A stretch of DNA of 47,601 bases from an uncultured Halobacteria archaeon (lineage in GTDB: Archaea; Halobacteriota; Syntropharchaeia; Alkanophagales; Methanospirareceae), in NCBI GenBank assembly GCA_964400255.1, contig CAYNTR010000003.1, positions 1 through 47,601 on the forward strand, written 5' to 3'. The notes beneath the pieces were generated by a model. It saw only the letters and a program-made list of their open reading frames with translations, was not told where the DNA came from and did no database searches. Of the stretch, positions 1 through 9,268 are shown piece by piece. The position numbers were made by a program, and so were the translations under genes. How positions within the stretch are numbered: the first letter of the stretch is position 1; the number at the start of each line of letters is the position of its first letter.

Positions 1-226
1 CGGCGTCAAACTTACTTCTTATATCTCATCCTCTTACGTCTCTTCTTCAGCTTGTGCTTCCGCATCTTTGCTATCTTTCGCTTCTTTCCGCAGGGAATTT
101 TGAATCACCACCTTTCTTTTCTTTATTTATACGCTCTTCTAAAATTATAGTACATAAATTACATTACATAATACCATATATATTTTCAGTGTTGGAGAAA
201 GAGAAAGACCTTGGGATGAAGATGAA

Positions 227-1414
227 ATGGGGAGGATAGAGCGGCCACCGAGTTGGATATTGAAATACAAAGAGAGGATCGAGCAAGATACGATTACCGT
301 GGAAGAGATTTTGGATGAGGAGAACAAGTTGCGAGCGTCACCCATTAAGATATCATCAGTAACGAGAGCGATCAATGCGATGGGATATCCTATTACGGGA
401 TTACGAAAAAAGAAGAACGGAGAAGAGGCTGAAGAATTAGAAGTCGAAGAAGCCAAGGAAATCACAGAAACGCAAGAAGAATCCGAACGGATAGATAAAG
501 GACCAGAATGGCTTCAGAAATATCGTGAACAGATAGAAAAAGGGACCATTACCGTAGAGGAGATTCTGGAGAAGGAGAACAAGACACGGGAGTCGCCTAT
601 AAAGCTCGCAACAGCCAAGCGCGCGATCAATGCGATGGGGTATCATATTACCGAATTACGGAGCGAGAAGAAAGGAGGAGCGGAAGGAGGCGAGAAGGAG
701 GGAGAAGCGGAGGAAGCCCCTGAAATGCGTGTTGAAGAGACCACCGTGAAAGGGAGTGGCCCTGGATGGCTCCAGAAGTACCGTGAACGGATTGAACAAG
801 GCACGATAACCATCGACGAAATTCTGGAAGAGGAGAACAAGATCCGAGAGTCGCCCATGAAGAGATCATCGGTGACCCGAGCGATAAATGCGATGGGGCA
901 TCCGATTAAAGGATTGCAAAGAGGGAAGAAAGGGGAAGCAGTGAAGGAGGAAGAAGCGGAGGAAGCCCCTGAAATGCGTGTTGAAGAGACCACCGTGAAA
1001 GGGAGTGGCCCTGGATGGCTCCAGAAGTACCGTGAACGGATTGAACAAGGCACGATAACCATCGACGAAATTCTGGAAGAGGAGAACAAGATCCGAGAGT
1101 CACCCATGAAGAGATCATCGGTGACACGAGCGGTAAATGCCCAGGGATATCCCATTACCGAGATGCAAAAAAGGAGAAGAGAAGCAGCAAAAGAGATAGA
1201 AAAAACCAAGAAAGCAGGTAAGGCGGAAGTAGTTGCCTATTCTTCCAGCATCGGCAAAATATCGGAAGCGACAGCTAAACGATTTAATCAGATGAAAAAG
1301 AGCTGGGAGAAAGACTTGGGCAAATCCCTGCAGAATGACTATTTCGCGAATATACTCCTTGCCTTAGCAACGCTCGCTGAACACGGGAAAGCACTTGTGC
1401 CCGTAAAGAAATAA
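227..1414 (+). CDS. Hypothetical protein made of four tandem ~45-aa helix-turn-helix-like modules joined by Glu/Lys-rich linkers
   Basis: 395-aa ORF. The module (P/G)xWLQKYRExIExGTIT(V/I)(E/D)EILxxENKxRxSPxKxxSxxRAINAMG(Y/H)xI occurs four times. The function is not recognised. Confidence 0.6.
   Translation: MGRIERPPSWILKYKERIEQDTITVEEILDEENKLRASPIKISSVTRAINAMGYPITGLRKKKNGEEAEELEVEEAKEITETQEESERIDKGPEWLQKYREQIEKGTITVEEILEKENKTRESPIKLATAKRAINAMGYHITELRSEKKGGAEGGEKEGEAEEAPEMRVEETTVKGSGPGWLQKYRERIEQGTITIDEILEEENKIRESPMKRSSVTRAINAMGHPIKGLQRGKKGEAVKEEEAEEAPEMRVEETTVKGSGPGWLQKYRERIEQGTITIDEILEEENKIRESPMKRSSVTRAVNAQGYPITEMQKRRREAAKEIEKTKKAGKAEVVAYSSSIGKISEATAKRFNQMKKSWEKDLGKSLQNDYFANILLALATLAEHGKALVPVKK
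704..1139 (+). repeat. Near-identical in-frame tandem duplication inside the repeat-protein gene (two ~187-nt copies, 249-nt period)
   Basis: By direct comparison, 704-890 and 953-1139 differ at only 3 positions. The offset is 249 nt, which equals 83 codons. Confidence 0.9.
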
Positions 1415-1420
1415 CCCGGC

Positions 1421-2341
1421 ATGAGGATACTGGTTGCTGAGTATGCGGTAGGAGGCGGAGAGGACAAGAGTGCATCGTTATTACGAGAGGGAAAAGCGAT
1501 GCTCTCAACGCTCAAAGATGGATTTGAGCGTATTGGCCATGAAGTTGTGTATCCGCTGGCTGAAACTGATTTTGACGCAGCAGTAGACAGGCTCTCAAAG
1601 GAGTGCGATGCGGGACTCGTTATTGCTCCGGATGATCAGCTCTACACGCTTACAAAGCTGATAGAGTCGAATACCGTCAATCTCGGCTGCCCTTCGGACG
1701 CCGTGAAAAACTGTACTGATAAGCTGCTGACCTCAAAAATTTTACATGACAAAGGAATACTTGTCCCCCGGATTGTCTCCTTAGAAGAACTCGAGCACAC
1801 GGAAGCGCAGAGGTACGTTGGTAAGCCGCGATATGGATGTGCAGCGGAAAACGTTTGTATACTGAATGGAAATGGGCATCATGCGGATATACTACCTCTT
1901 CTCGACAGTCCCGATTATATTATCACGGAATTCATAGACGGAGATGATATAAGCAGCAGTGTTATTGCGGGCAACTCTTCTGTGTTGCCGCTCACCATTA
2001 ACAAACAATGTATTAGGAAGGAGGGCCAACACCTGCGATATGAAGGCGGCTTTGTCCCTTACAATATAGGACGAGCTGCTGAGCGCGAGATAATGCGCAT
2101 TAGTAAGAAGGTGGTATCGATATTTCACTGTAAAGGCTACGTGGGCATAGATTTCGTCTTGGCTGACGAAGAAAGAGCATACGTGGTGGACGTCAATCCA
2201 CGCCCTACCACATCCATTGTGGGAATCGCACGAGTGTTAAATTATGACGTTGCGGATTTGATATTACGCGCAAAGTTCGGAACGTTGCCCAATGCCGGAG
2301 ATGTGAAAACCGACGGGCGGTTTGTTTTTAACCTTTCTTGA
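1421..2341 (+). CDS. ATP-grasp ligase, MfnD-like (possible tyramine-L-glutamate ligase of methanofuran biosynthesis)
   Basis: 306-aa ORF. The N-terminus MRILVAEYAVGGG, the central PDD...NLG...DKLLT stretch and the C-terminal GYVGIDFV...VVDVNPRPTTS fit an ATP-grasp fold. The MfnD assignment rests on recalled family resemblance only. Confidence 0.5.
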   Translation: MRILVAEYAVGGGEDKSASLLREGKAMLSTLKDGFERIGHEVVYPLAETDFDAAVDRLSKECDAGLVIAPDDQLYTLTKLIESNTVNLGCPSDAVKNCTDKLLTSKILHDKGILVPRIVSLEELEHTEAQRYVGKPRYGCAAENVCILNGNGHHADILPLLDSPDYIITEFIDGDDISSSVIAGNSSVLPLTINKQCIRKEGQHLRYEGGFVPYNIGRAAEREIMRISKKVVSIFHCKGYVGIDFVLADEERAYVVDVNPRPTTSIVGIARVLNYDVADLILRAKFGTLPNAGDVKTDGRFVFNLS

Positions 2342-2390
2342 ATTCAGGTCTTCTTGAAGTAATTTATCTTTAACCATGATGCTTTAGTGA

Positions 2391-2834
2391 GTGACGAGCA
2401 AGATGCGTAAGGGCAACCGGATAGAGGGAATAGCAAAGGATGCGTTGGATTTCATTCTGGAAGTGGCTAAATCAAATCATCCTCGGGAATTCATCGGCAT
2501 GCTCTGCGCTGAGAATGAGCTCATAACCGATGTCTTTTTTCTTCCGGGCACGATTTCATCCGATGAGACTGCGATTATACGCCGGGATATGATGCCAATG
2601 GGTCTTACGTACGTTGGGTCTGTTCATAGTCACCCTCATCCCGCCGCGATGAGACCGTCAGAACAGGATTTGTTGATGTTCGCCAAAACGGGAGAGTATC
2701 ATATCATTGCTTGCTATCCTTATGCGAGGGATAACTGGAAATGTTACAATGCTCAAGGCGAAGAGCGAGAGTTGAGAATAGTTGAAAAGGATGGAGCTAA
2801 ATTGAACGAAGGAGAGGGGGAAGAGCTATGGTAA
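2391..2834 (+). CDS. JAMM/MPN+ (Mov34) family metalloprotease
   Basis: GSVHSHPHPAAMRPSEQD matches the JAMM HxHx(7-10)SxxD zinc motif. The ORF starts at GTG 2391, with an alternative ATG at 2403. Confidence 0.75.
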   Translation: MTSKMRKGNRIEGIAKDALDFILEVAKSNHPREFIGMLCAENELITDVFFLPGTISSDETAIIRRDMMPMGLTYVGSVHSHPHPAAMRPSEQDLLMFAKTGEYHIIACYPYARDNWKCYNAQGEERELRIVEKDGAKLNEGEGEELW

Positions 2835-3277
2835 GGGTACTGGCGACGGGCACATTTGAAATACTGCACCCGGGGCATCTCCTGTTTTTAGAGGAAGCAA
2901 AGAAGCTGGGTGACGAACTCTACGTCATTGTTGGCAGAGATGTAAATGTAAGGAAGCGAAAAAGAACGCCGATTATACCCGAGGAGCAACGGTTGAAGAT
3001 GGTTGCAGCACTGAAAATGGTAGACAAAGCGATGCTGGGGAGCGAAAAGGATATATTTGAACCTTTATATAGTATAAACCCTGATGTAATAGCGTTAGGG
3101 TATGATCAGGATTTTGATGAAAAGGAGCTAGAACGGAGGCTCAAAGAAAAAGGCTTTCATTCGACGGTTATCCGTATAAAAAAGCGCAATTCAAATGCCT
3201 TCTGTAAGGCTGAAGAGATAATAAGACGAATATTGGAATCAGTGGAGGGAGAAAAATGGAAGAAGCGCGTGGATTAA
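2828..3277 (+). CDS. ribL: Archaeal FAD synthetase (FMN adenylyltransferase), cytidylyltransferase fold
   Basis: [35 protein letters not shown]...IIPEEQR closely resembles methanogen RibL. It overlaps the end of the preceding gene by 7 nt. Confidence 0.8.
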   Translation: MVRVLATGTFEILHPGHLLFLEEAKKLGDELYVIVGRDVNVRKRKRTPIIPEEQRLKMVAALKMVDKAMLGSEKDIFEPLYSINPDVIALGYDQDFDEKELERRLKEKGFHSTVIRIKKRNSNAFCKAEEIIRRILESVEGEKWKKRVD

Positions 3278-3678
3278 CTCGAATAGGAGTTTCTCTACCT
3301 TCAAATCTGTTGAACAAGTTTGATACCATAATAAGAGGGAGGGGGTATTCATCGCGGTCTGAAGGGATACGAGATGCGATCAGAGCGTATATAGTAGAAT
3401 ATGAATGGATGGAGCGTGAATCTGGTGAGGAGATCGGAACCATCACCTATATTTATGATCATAACCAACGAGGATTGGGCGATGAATTAACTGAGGCGCA
3501 ACATCGTTACATGGCGATGATTAAGTCATCAACCCATATTCATTTAGACGAGGAGAACTGCTTTGAGATAATCGTGATAAAAGGAGATGCGAAGAAGATA
3601 AAGGAATTGGCGGAACGAATAATGAGTTTGAAAGGGGTAAAACATGTAAAGCTCACCACAACACATGGAGGTATATAA
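3256..3678 (+). CDS. nikR: Nickel-responsive transcriptional regulator NikR
   Basis: It has an N-terminal ribbon-helix-helix ([15 protein letters not shown]...[17 protein letters not shown]) and a C-terminal metal-binding domain with conserved His/Cys. The length of 140 aa is typical. Confidence 0.8.
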   Translation: MEEARGLTRIGVSLPSNLLNKFDTIIRGRGYSSRSEGIRDAIRAYIVEYEWMERESGEEIGTITYIYDHNQRGLGDELTEAQHRYMAMIKSSTHIHLDEENCFEIIVIKGDAKKIKELAERIMSLKGVKHVKLTTTHGGI

Positions 3679-3681
3679 ATA

Positions 3682-4317
3682 ATGGAGATAGAGGATCAAA
3701 TAAAAAAGGGAACGACTACCGTTGGTTTAATCTGCGATGGCGGCATAGTGCTGGCGAGCGAGAAGAGAGCGACAATGGGTTCTTTTATTGCTTCTAAAGC
3801 CGCGAAGAAGATCTATCAGGTGGACGACCGTCTGGGAATAACAACGGCGGGAATAGTAGGAGATGCGCAGGCACTGATTAGATTGATGTCTGTAGAGGTG
3901 AAGCTCTATAAGATACGGCGAGAAGAGCCTATGACCGTAAGAGCAGTAGCAACGCTGTTGTCCAATGTGCTGAACGGTCAGCGATTCTATCCGTATATTG
4001 TGCAACTCCTCATAGGAGGCATAGACCGAAATGGGGTGCACATATTTTCGGTAGACCCATTGGGTGGCAATACTGAGGAGAAAGAAGTAGCAGCCACTGG
4101 TTCCGGCTCACCCATTGCTTATGGCGTGTTGGAAGATAGGTATATCAAAGACATGTCAGTGGAAAAGGGAACAGCGCTCGCGATACAAGCATTGCATTCC
4201 GCGATGAAGAGGGACAGCGCCTCGGGCGGTGAGATGGAAGTGATTGTTATAACAAAGGAAAAATATGAGGAGTTAAGCGAAGATAAAATAAAAAAGATAA
4301 GGGATTCTCTTACTTGA
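3682..4317 (+). CDS. psmB: Proteasome beta subunit
   Basis: A short propeptide is followed by [22 protein letters not shown], which contains the active-site Thr. The length of 211 aa fits. Confidence 0.9.
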   Translation: MEIEDQIKKGTTTVGLICDGGIVLASEKRATMGSFIASKAAKKIYQVDDRLGITTAGIVGDAQALIRLMSVEVKLYKIRREEPMTVRAVATLLSNVLNGQRFYPYIVQLLIGGIDRNGVHIFSVDPLGGNTEEKEVAATGSGSPIAYGVLEDRYIKDMSVEKGTALAIQALHSAMKRDSASGGEMEVIVITKEKYEELSEDKIKKIRDSLT

Positions 4318-4453
4318 TTCTTTTTTAAGGATTACTCGTAAGAACGAAAGTGAAGAACTCGCAGTTTATGGTTGGGTTGAAGTTTACCGGGTATTGATAC
4401 GTTAGAAAGGACAGTGGAAGACTAAGCAAAAACGATTAGAGAGAGGAAGGACA

Positions 4454-6340
4454 ATGAAACCAGAAGAAACGCTTTTAGAGTTAAAGCGAAGAATAATAGA
4501 GTTATTGCCAGCTCATGTGAGCATTACCGGCGTGGAATTTGAAGGCCCGGAACTCGTTATATACACAGAAGATACGCAGACTTTCGTCGACGATGGCGCG
4601 ATCGTTCGAACCTTAGCGAAGGATTTGAAGAAACGTATCTCCGTGAGACCGAGTAGCAACATACTGATGGACCCTGAAAAGGCCTCGAAGATTATTCACG
4701 ATATTATCCCTGAAGAGGGGGGCATAAAAGATATCTATTTTGATATGGACACGGCTGAGGTTATTATAGAAGCTGAGAAGCCCGGCTTGGTCATCGGCAC
4801 GCATGGCGCAACACTGAGAGAAGTCGCAAAGGAGATAGGGTGGCGACCTAACGTGATCAGAGCACCACCAATACAATCCTCGATAATAAAAAGTACGCGG
4901 AGATACCTACGCGAGGAGAGCGAATTCAGGAAGGACTTCCTGAAGAAAGTCGGGAGGAAGATATACAGCGAGAAGACAAAAGAAGATGAATGGCTGCGTA
5001 TAACGACTTTAGGTGGCTGCAGAGAGGTTGGGAGAAATTCATTCATGCTCTCTACGTCGGAGACGAAGATTTTAATAGAATGTGGCGTAAGTGTGGGCTC
5101 CGAAGGAACTCCATATCTCTATGCGCCTGAAGTATTACCAATAACGGATATCAGTGCGGTGGTCATAACGCATGCACATCTTGACCATTCAGGCTTAGTG
5201 CCGCTTTTGTTTATGTATGGATATGACGGCCCGGTTTACACGACACAACCGACGCGAGACCTTATGTCACTCTTACTGCTTGACTATATCGAGGTCTCCG
5301 CACGGGATGGCAAAAAGATACCGTATAAATCGGCTTTTATACGCGATACGATTCGACATACGATTCCATTAAAGTATGGCGATGTAACGGATATAGCACC
5401 CGATGTAAAACTCACCTTTTACAATGCAGGGCACATACTGGGCTCTTCGATTGCCTATTTCCATGCGGGAAAGGGACTTTATAATATTGCATTTACGGGT
5501 GACATAAAGTACGAGCGGACCTTTCTTTTCGATCCCGCTTTTAATGGTTTTACACGGCTCGAAGCATTGGTCATTGAATCGACCTACGGCGGGATGAACG
5601 ATCTCCAGCCGTCGAGACGAGAAGCAGAGAAGAATTTAAAGGAGGTGATCGAGAAGACGATACAGAGAGGAGGGAAAGTTATTATCCCTGCCTTTGCGGT
5701 TGGTCGTTCGCAAGAGGTTATGATCGGATTGGAGGGAATGCAGTTGGAGGTGCCGGTTTATTTAGACGGTATGATATGGGAGGCAACGGCAGTCCATACC
5801 GCTTATCCCGAGTATCTCAACAAGAATCTCAAGAATTCTATATTCCAGGGAGAGAACCCGTTCTTAGCTGATATTTTCGTTCAGGTGGACGATTCAGAGA
5901 AAAGGAAGGCGGTGATCGATGAGAAAGAATCATCCATCATACTTTCCACCTCCGGCATGCTCAACGGCGGTCCTGTGCTTGAATACTTGAAAGGTCTGGC
6001 CGGTGATGAACGGAATACGCTCATCTTTGTTGGGTACCAGGCAGAAGGAACGCTCGGGAGGAGGATACAGAAGGGATGGAATGAGATGCAGTTTTCCAAC
6101 AGTGGCAAAGTGGAGAATATAAAAGTAGAGATGGAGATAGCGACCATCGATGGTTTTTCCGGGCATTCTGACCGTAATCAATTGCTTGAATACGTGAAAC
6201 GGATAAATCCTTTGCCCTCCAAGGTGATTTGCATGCATGGCGAGAGTAATAAATGCATGACGCTCGCAAGCGGCATACACAAGAAGTTGAATATCGAAAC
6301 GGTCGCGCCGATGAATTTGGAGACCTTACGATTGGTGTGA
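4454..6340 (+). CDS. fttA: aCPSF1/FttA: KH-domain beta-CASP metallo-beta-lactamase ribonuclease (archaeal transcription termination factor)
   Basis: 628 aa. The N-terminal KH region, the HAHLDHSG metallo-beta-lactamase motif and the beta-CASP C-terminal part (GFSGHSD, MHGE) are all present. Confidence 0.9.
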   Translation: MKPEETLLELKRRIIELLPAHVSITGVEFEGPELVIYTEDTQTFVDDGAIVRTLAKDLKKRISVRPSSNILMDPEKASKIIHDIIPEEGGIKDIYFDMDTAEVIIEAEKPGLVIGTHGATLREVAKEIGWRPNVIRAPPIQSSIIKSTRRYLREESEFRKDFLKKVGRKIYSEKTKEDEWLRITTLGGCREVGRNSFMLSTSETKILIECGVSVGSEGTPYLYAPEVLPITDISAVVITHAHLDHSGLVPLLFMYGYDGPVYTTQPTRDLMSLLLLDYIEVSARDGKKIPYKSAFIRDTIRHTIPLKYGDVTDIAPDVKLTFYNAGHILGSSIAYFHAGKGLYNIAFTGDIKYERTFLFDPAFNGFTRLEALVIESTYGGMNDLQPSRREAEKNLKEVIEKTIQRGGKVIIPAFAVGRSQEVMIGLEGMQLEVPVYLDGMIWEATAVHTAYPEYLNKNLKNSIFQGENPFLADIFVQVDDSEKRKAVIDEKESSIILSTSGMLNGGPVLEYLKGLAGDERNTLIFVGYQAEGTLGRRIQKGWNEMQFSNSGKVENIKVEMEIATIDGFSGHSDRNQLLEYVKRINPLPSKVICMHGESNKCMTLASGIHKKLNIETVAPMNLETLRLV

Positions 6341-6651
6341 GGTTTAATCACCTTTGAACAAGAGAGACCTCTTTTGATCGTATGTCAATGACCGAGAAGC
6401 GGTGCTGCGCCGGGCGCTATATATATGTATATATTTATATTTCAAAGTGTGTCAATGAACAATGAGGCGAGAAGATGCGCATAACGACGAAGATGATGGA
6501 TGCCAGCTCCTTTCTGTGGGAGAATAGTGCAACAAATCTATGAATTTGGAAAGTATACGATTAATACGTATAAGGATAAAATGCAATTGCACAATGGATG
6601 GAGGCTATAGAAGGAAGGATAAGAGGCTAGGAAAGAGGTAGGGAGGAGAAA

Positions 6652-7479
6652 ATGACAAGTATACGTGAGAGAATGGAACGGATGAGCATAGGCAAAAGTA
6701 TCCGAATGGAACGGATCGTCGATCGGAACAGTGGACGAAGCGTTATTGTTCCTATGGACCATGGCGTAACCGCAGGACCCATTTACGGGTTGACGGACAT
6801 GAGGAGTGCAGTAAATGCCGTAGCGGAAGGGGGCGCAAATGCGGTTCTCCTTCATAAGGGCATTGTGATAGCGGGACACCGCGGATATGGCAAAGATATC
6901 GGGCTCATCATACATATATCGGCGAGCACTTCATTGGGGCCTGATCCCTTGAATAAAGTCACTGTTGCCACGGTTGAAGAAGTAGTACGGTTAGGTGCTG
7001 ATGCAGTCTCGATGCACGTGAATGTAGGTGCGGAAAGCGAACCGGAGATGCTTGAAGCACTTGGTATGACGACCATGGTGTGCGAGGAATGGGGCATACC
7101 CCTTTTGGCGATGATGTATCCGCGTGGCAAAAAGGTGAAGAACGAGCACGATCCCGAGCTGGTGATGCACGCGGCCCGTGTCGGTGCTGAACTCGGCGCT
7201 GATCTCATCAAAACCAATTATACGGGTGATCCTGACACCTTTAAGCAGGTTATAAGTGGATGTCCGGTACCGGTTATCATAGCAGGAGGGCCCAAGGCGA
7301 ATACAGATGCGGAAGTGCTGAAGATGGTCGAGGACGCGATTTCCGTCGGTGCCTCTGGTGTGTCGATCGGGCGAAATGTGTTTCAGCATAAGAATCCTGC
7401 TCATATGACCAGAGCAATGAGCAAGATCGTGCATGAGAACTTCTCAGCAGCGGAGGCAATGGAACTTTTACGTGATTGA
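6652..7479 (+). CDS. aroA': DhnA-type class I aldolase; probable 2-amino-3,7-dideoxy-D-threo-hept-6-ulosonate synthase (AroA')
   Basis: The protein shows DhnA/FbaB family motifs (VIVPMDHG, ...IKTNYTG, IAGGPK, GRNVFQ). A GGAGG sits just upstream of ATG 6652. The gene lies directly upstream of DHQ synthase II, which supports AroA' over FBP aldolase. Confidence 0.7.
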   Translation: MTSIRERMERMSIGKSIRMERIVDRNSGRSVIVPMDHGVTAGPIYGLTDMRSAVNAVAEGGANAVLLHKGIVIAGHRGYGKDIGLIIHISASTSLGPDPLNKVTVATVEEVVRLGADAVSMHVNVGAESEPEMLEALGMTTMVCEEWGIPLLAMMYPRGKKVKNEHDPELVMHAARVGAELGADLIKTNYTGDPDTFKQVISGCPVPVIIAGGPKANTDAEVLKMVEDAISVGASGVSIGRNVFQHKNPAHMTRAMSKIVHENFSAAEAMELLRD

Positions 7480-7540
7480 ATGCTCGATAACCGTCGCCAT
7501 TGAGGTTGTTTAAAGAAGATAAAAGAGAGTTGAACGGAGC

Positions 7541-8710
7541 ATGAACGCGCAGAAAAAAGAGATATGGATAAAGGCTGATGCTGAGGTAGGAACCTGGGAG
7601 GCGCGGAAGGCGCGTATTACCGCTGGTTTGGAATCAGGGGTTGAAGGAGTGCTCGTAGAACCGGAAGACGTCGCAAAGGTGAAGGAGTTAGGTCGTATCA
7701 CTATAGCTGCGTTTTTACCAGCCGATACGTTAGAAGGAGCAGCTGACATTGTCGTATATGGTAAGCGAAGTGAAGGTGATGGCACCACGCCGATTCCGTC
7801 GGACCTCAGTGAATCACAAGTGCTGGGTGCATTGAAACAGACGATTGGTACGAAGCCCAATGCAGGCTATGTCGAGATACGCGGCAAGGCTTACGAGCGT
7901 TTTGCCGTGAGTATCGCGGATTACGCGAATTATGTGATTGTGATTGGAAAAGAGTGGAAGATCATTCCGCTGGAGAATATCATTGCGGAGTTGCAGCAGA
8001 AGGAAGTGAAGGTCATTGCGGGTGTGCAGAGCGCTGAAGAGGCACGAACAGCACTGGAAACACTGGAATATGGCGCTGATGGCGTTCTTATTGATACGGA
8101 CGATCCTTCAGAGACAAAGAAGGCAGTAGAGATACGGGATGCAAGCACCATGGGCACTATCCCGTTATCCACCGCACGGGTAACAAAGGTCAAGGAACTC
8201 GAAATGGGCGATCGGGTATGCGTGGATACGTGCTCGTTGATGGTGCGTGGCGAGGGCATGCTCGTGGGTTCGCAGTCGTTTGCGTTATTCCTCGTGCACT
8301 CGGAATCGGAGGAGAGCCCGTATGTTGCCGCGAGACCGTTTCGCGTTAATGCGGGCCCGGTGTATGCGTACGTGCTCGTAGGCGAGAAGACGAAATATCT
8401 GTCTGAGTTAGCATCCGGTGATGAGGTATTGATCGTCAATGCTGAGGGTAAGGCACGAAAAGCAGTGGTCGGTCGGTCGAAGATCGAGAAACGACCGCTT
8501 ATGCTCGTCGAGGCTGAGGTTGACGTTGGTGACGACAAGATGAGGAAATGCAGTATCATTCTCCAGAACGCGGAAACGATCAAGTTAATGGGTAAGGATA
8601 AGCCGATTTCTGTAGTCGATTTGAAAGAAGGTGACGAGGTGCTCGTTCATGTCACGGAAGCGGCGCGGCATTTCGGCATGGCTGTCGAGGAGATGGTGAT
8701 CGAGAAGTAA
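7541..8710 (+). CDS. aroB': 3-dehydroquinate synthase II (archaeal AroB')
   Basis: The 389-aa ORF begins KEIWIKAD and has the length and architecture of archaeal DHQ synthase type II. It is adjacent to the AroA' candidate. Confidence 0.8.
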   Translation: MNAQKKEIWIKADAEVGTWEARKARITAGLESGVEGVLVEPEDVAKVKELGRITIAAFLPADTLEGAADIVVYGKRSEGDGTTPIPSDLSESQVLGALKQTIGTKPNAGYVEIRGKAYERFAVSIADYANYVIVIGKEWKIIPLENIIAELQQKEVKVIAGVQSAEEARTALETLEYGADGVLIDTDDPSETKKAVEIRDASTMGTIPLSTARVTKVKELEMGDRVCVDTCSLMVRGEGMLVGSQSFALFLVHSESEESPYVAARPFRVNAGPVYAYVLVGEKTKYLSELASGDEVLIVNAEGKARKAVVGRSKIEKRPLMLVEAEVDVGDDKMRKCSIILQNAETIKLMGKDKPISVVDLKEGDEVLVHVTEAARHFGMAVEEMVIEK

Positions 8711-8714
8711 GGGG

Positions 8715-8755
8715 CACACTTTCTTTCTATAAGAAAGAACCTGTGCTAAGAAAGA
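8715..8755 (+). repeat. Copy A of a dispersed 41-nt gene-3'-end element (contains the hairpin TTCTTTCT-ATA-AGAAAGAA)
   Basis: cacactttctttctataagaaagaacctgtGctaagaaaga starts 4 nt after the aroB' stop. It matches 28904-28944 at 40 of 41 positions. Confidence 0.85.
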
Positions 8756-8801
8756 TTGGAAAACTTCCGGTATAGCTTGTGTAGAAGGGGAAATTTGGAG
8801 T

Positions 8802-8981
8802 TTACCCGATGAATCGTAACTTCTTCTCGATTCTACATCTCGCATTCTCTCTGAGGATGATCCGTTGCGCTTTGTGCCTACCTGTCTTGACGATGACAAG
8901 AGGTTTCGAGATCGTTCTCGCTTCTCCGACCAATATGTCACCCACAATGGTAGCTCCTTCCTCCGTGTAGATTGTTGTCAT
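8802..8981 (-). CDS. Small hypothetical protein (59 aa), downstream partner of a coupled two-gene unit
   Basis: The ATG at 8981 overlaps the upstream gene's TGA as ATGA. The product MTTIYTEEGATIVGDILVGE... matches no family I recognise. Confidence 0.4.
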   Translation of the reverse strand: MTTIYTEEGATIVGDILVGEARTISKPLVIVKTGRHKAQRIILRENARCRIEKKLRFIG

Positions 8982-9268
8982 TCGATCACCTCGAGCCTTT
9001 TTTCTGCCTTTAACTCTTCGGTAATCTCCCAAACAAGGTCGTAGTCCAATGCTAAATCTTCAGCAACTTCGTGTGGATATGCCCCTTTGTATGACCGATA
9101 ATACCCTAACACTTCTTGCTTCGCTTCGTCATACGTGATATCACGCACCTTCACAACCTTTACGGCACGCAGCTTATCCCTTATCGCCTCTCGAACAAAA
9201 TCTGAAATGCTGATGTACATACCAGCTTCTATCAGTCCTTGGATTTGTATGAAATATAAATCAAACAC
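8978..9268 (-). CDS. Small putative DNA-binding protein with an RHH (CopG)-like N-terminus and a possible winged-helix C-terminal half
   Basis: LIEAGMYISISDFVREAIRDKL resembles RHH helix A, loop and helix B. The GTG start leaves almost no beta-strand, so the RHH may be truncated. A stop codon lies 6 codons upstream. Confidence 0.45.
   Translation of the reverse strand: MFDLYFIQIQGLIEAGMYISISDFVREAIRDKLRAVKVVKVRDITYDEAKQEVLGYYRSYKGAYPHEVAEDLALDYDLVWEITEELKAEKRLEVIE

Noticed and set aside
643-1209. 188-aa minus-strand ORF (and several 60-73-aa ones) opposite the repeat-protein gene
   Set aside because: This is a shadow ORF. It mirrors the internal repeats of the plus-strand gene, has a Ser/Pro/Phe-rich low-complexity translation, and shows no independent signals.
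6341-6651. A 310-nt intergenic region with an alternating tatatatatgtatatatttatattt tract, two GTCAATGA boxes and an ATGATGG box, considered as a C/D-box sRNA or other ncRNA
   Set aside because: No proper C (RUGAUGA) and D (CUGA) box pair occurs at the right spacing, and I found no convincing stem. It is more simply the promoter and leader of aroA'.
7930-8583. 217-aa minus-strand ORF inside aroB'. Similar long antisense ORFs occur at 16570-17085, 21429-21812, 32623-33138, 29682-30161, 44398-44901 and 45548-45883.
   Set aside because: All of them lie antisense to confidently identified conserved genes. Their translations are Ser/Pro/Ala/Thr-rich, as expected of antisense frames in moderately GC-rich coding DNA.
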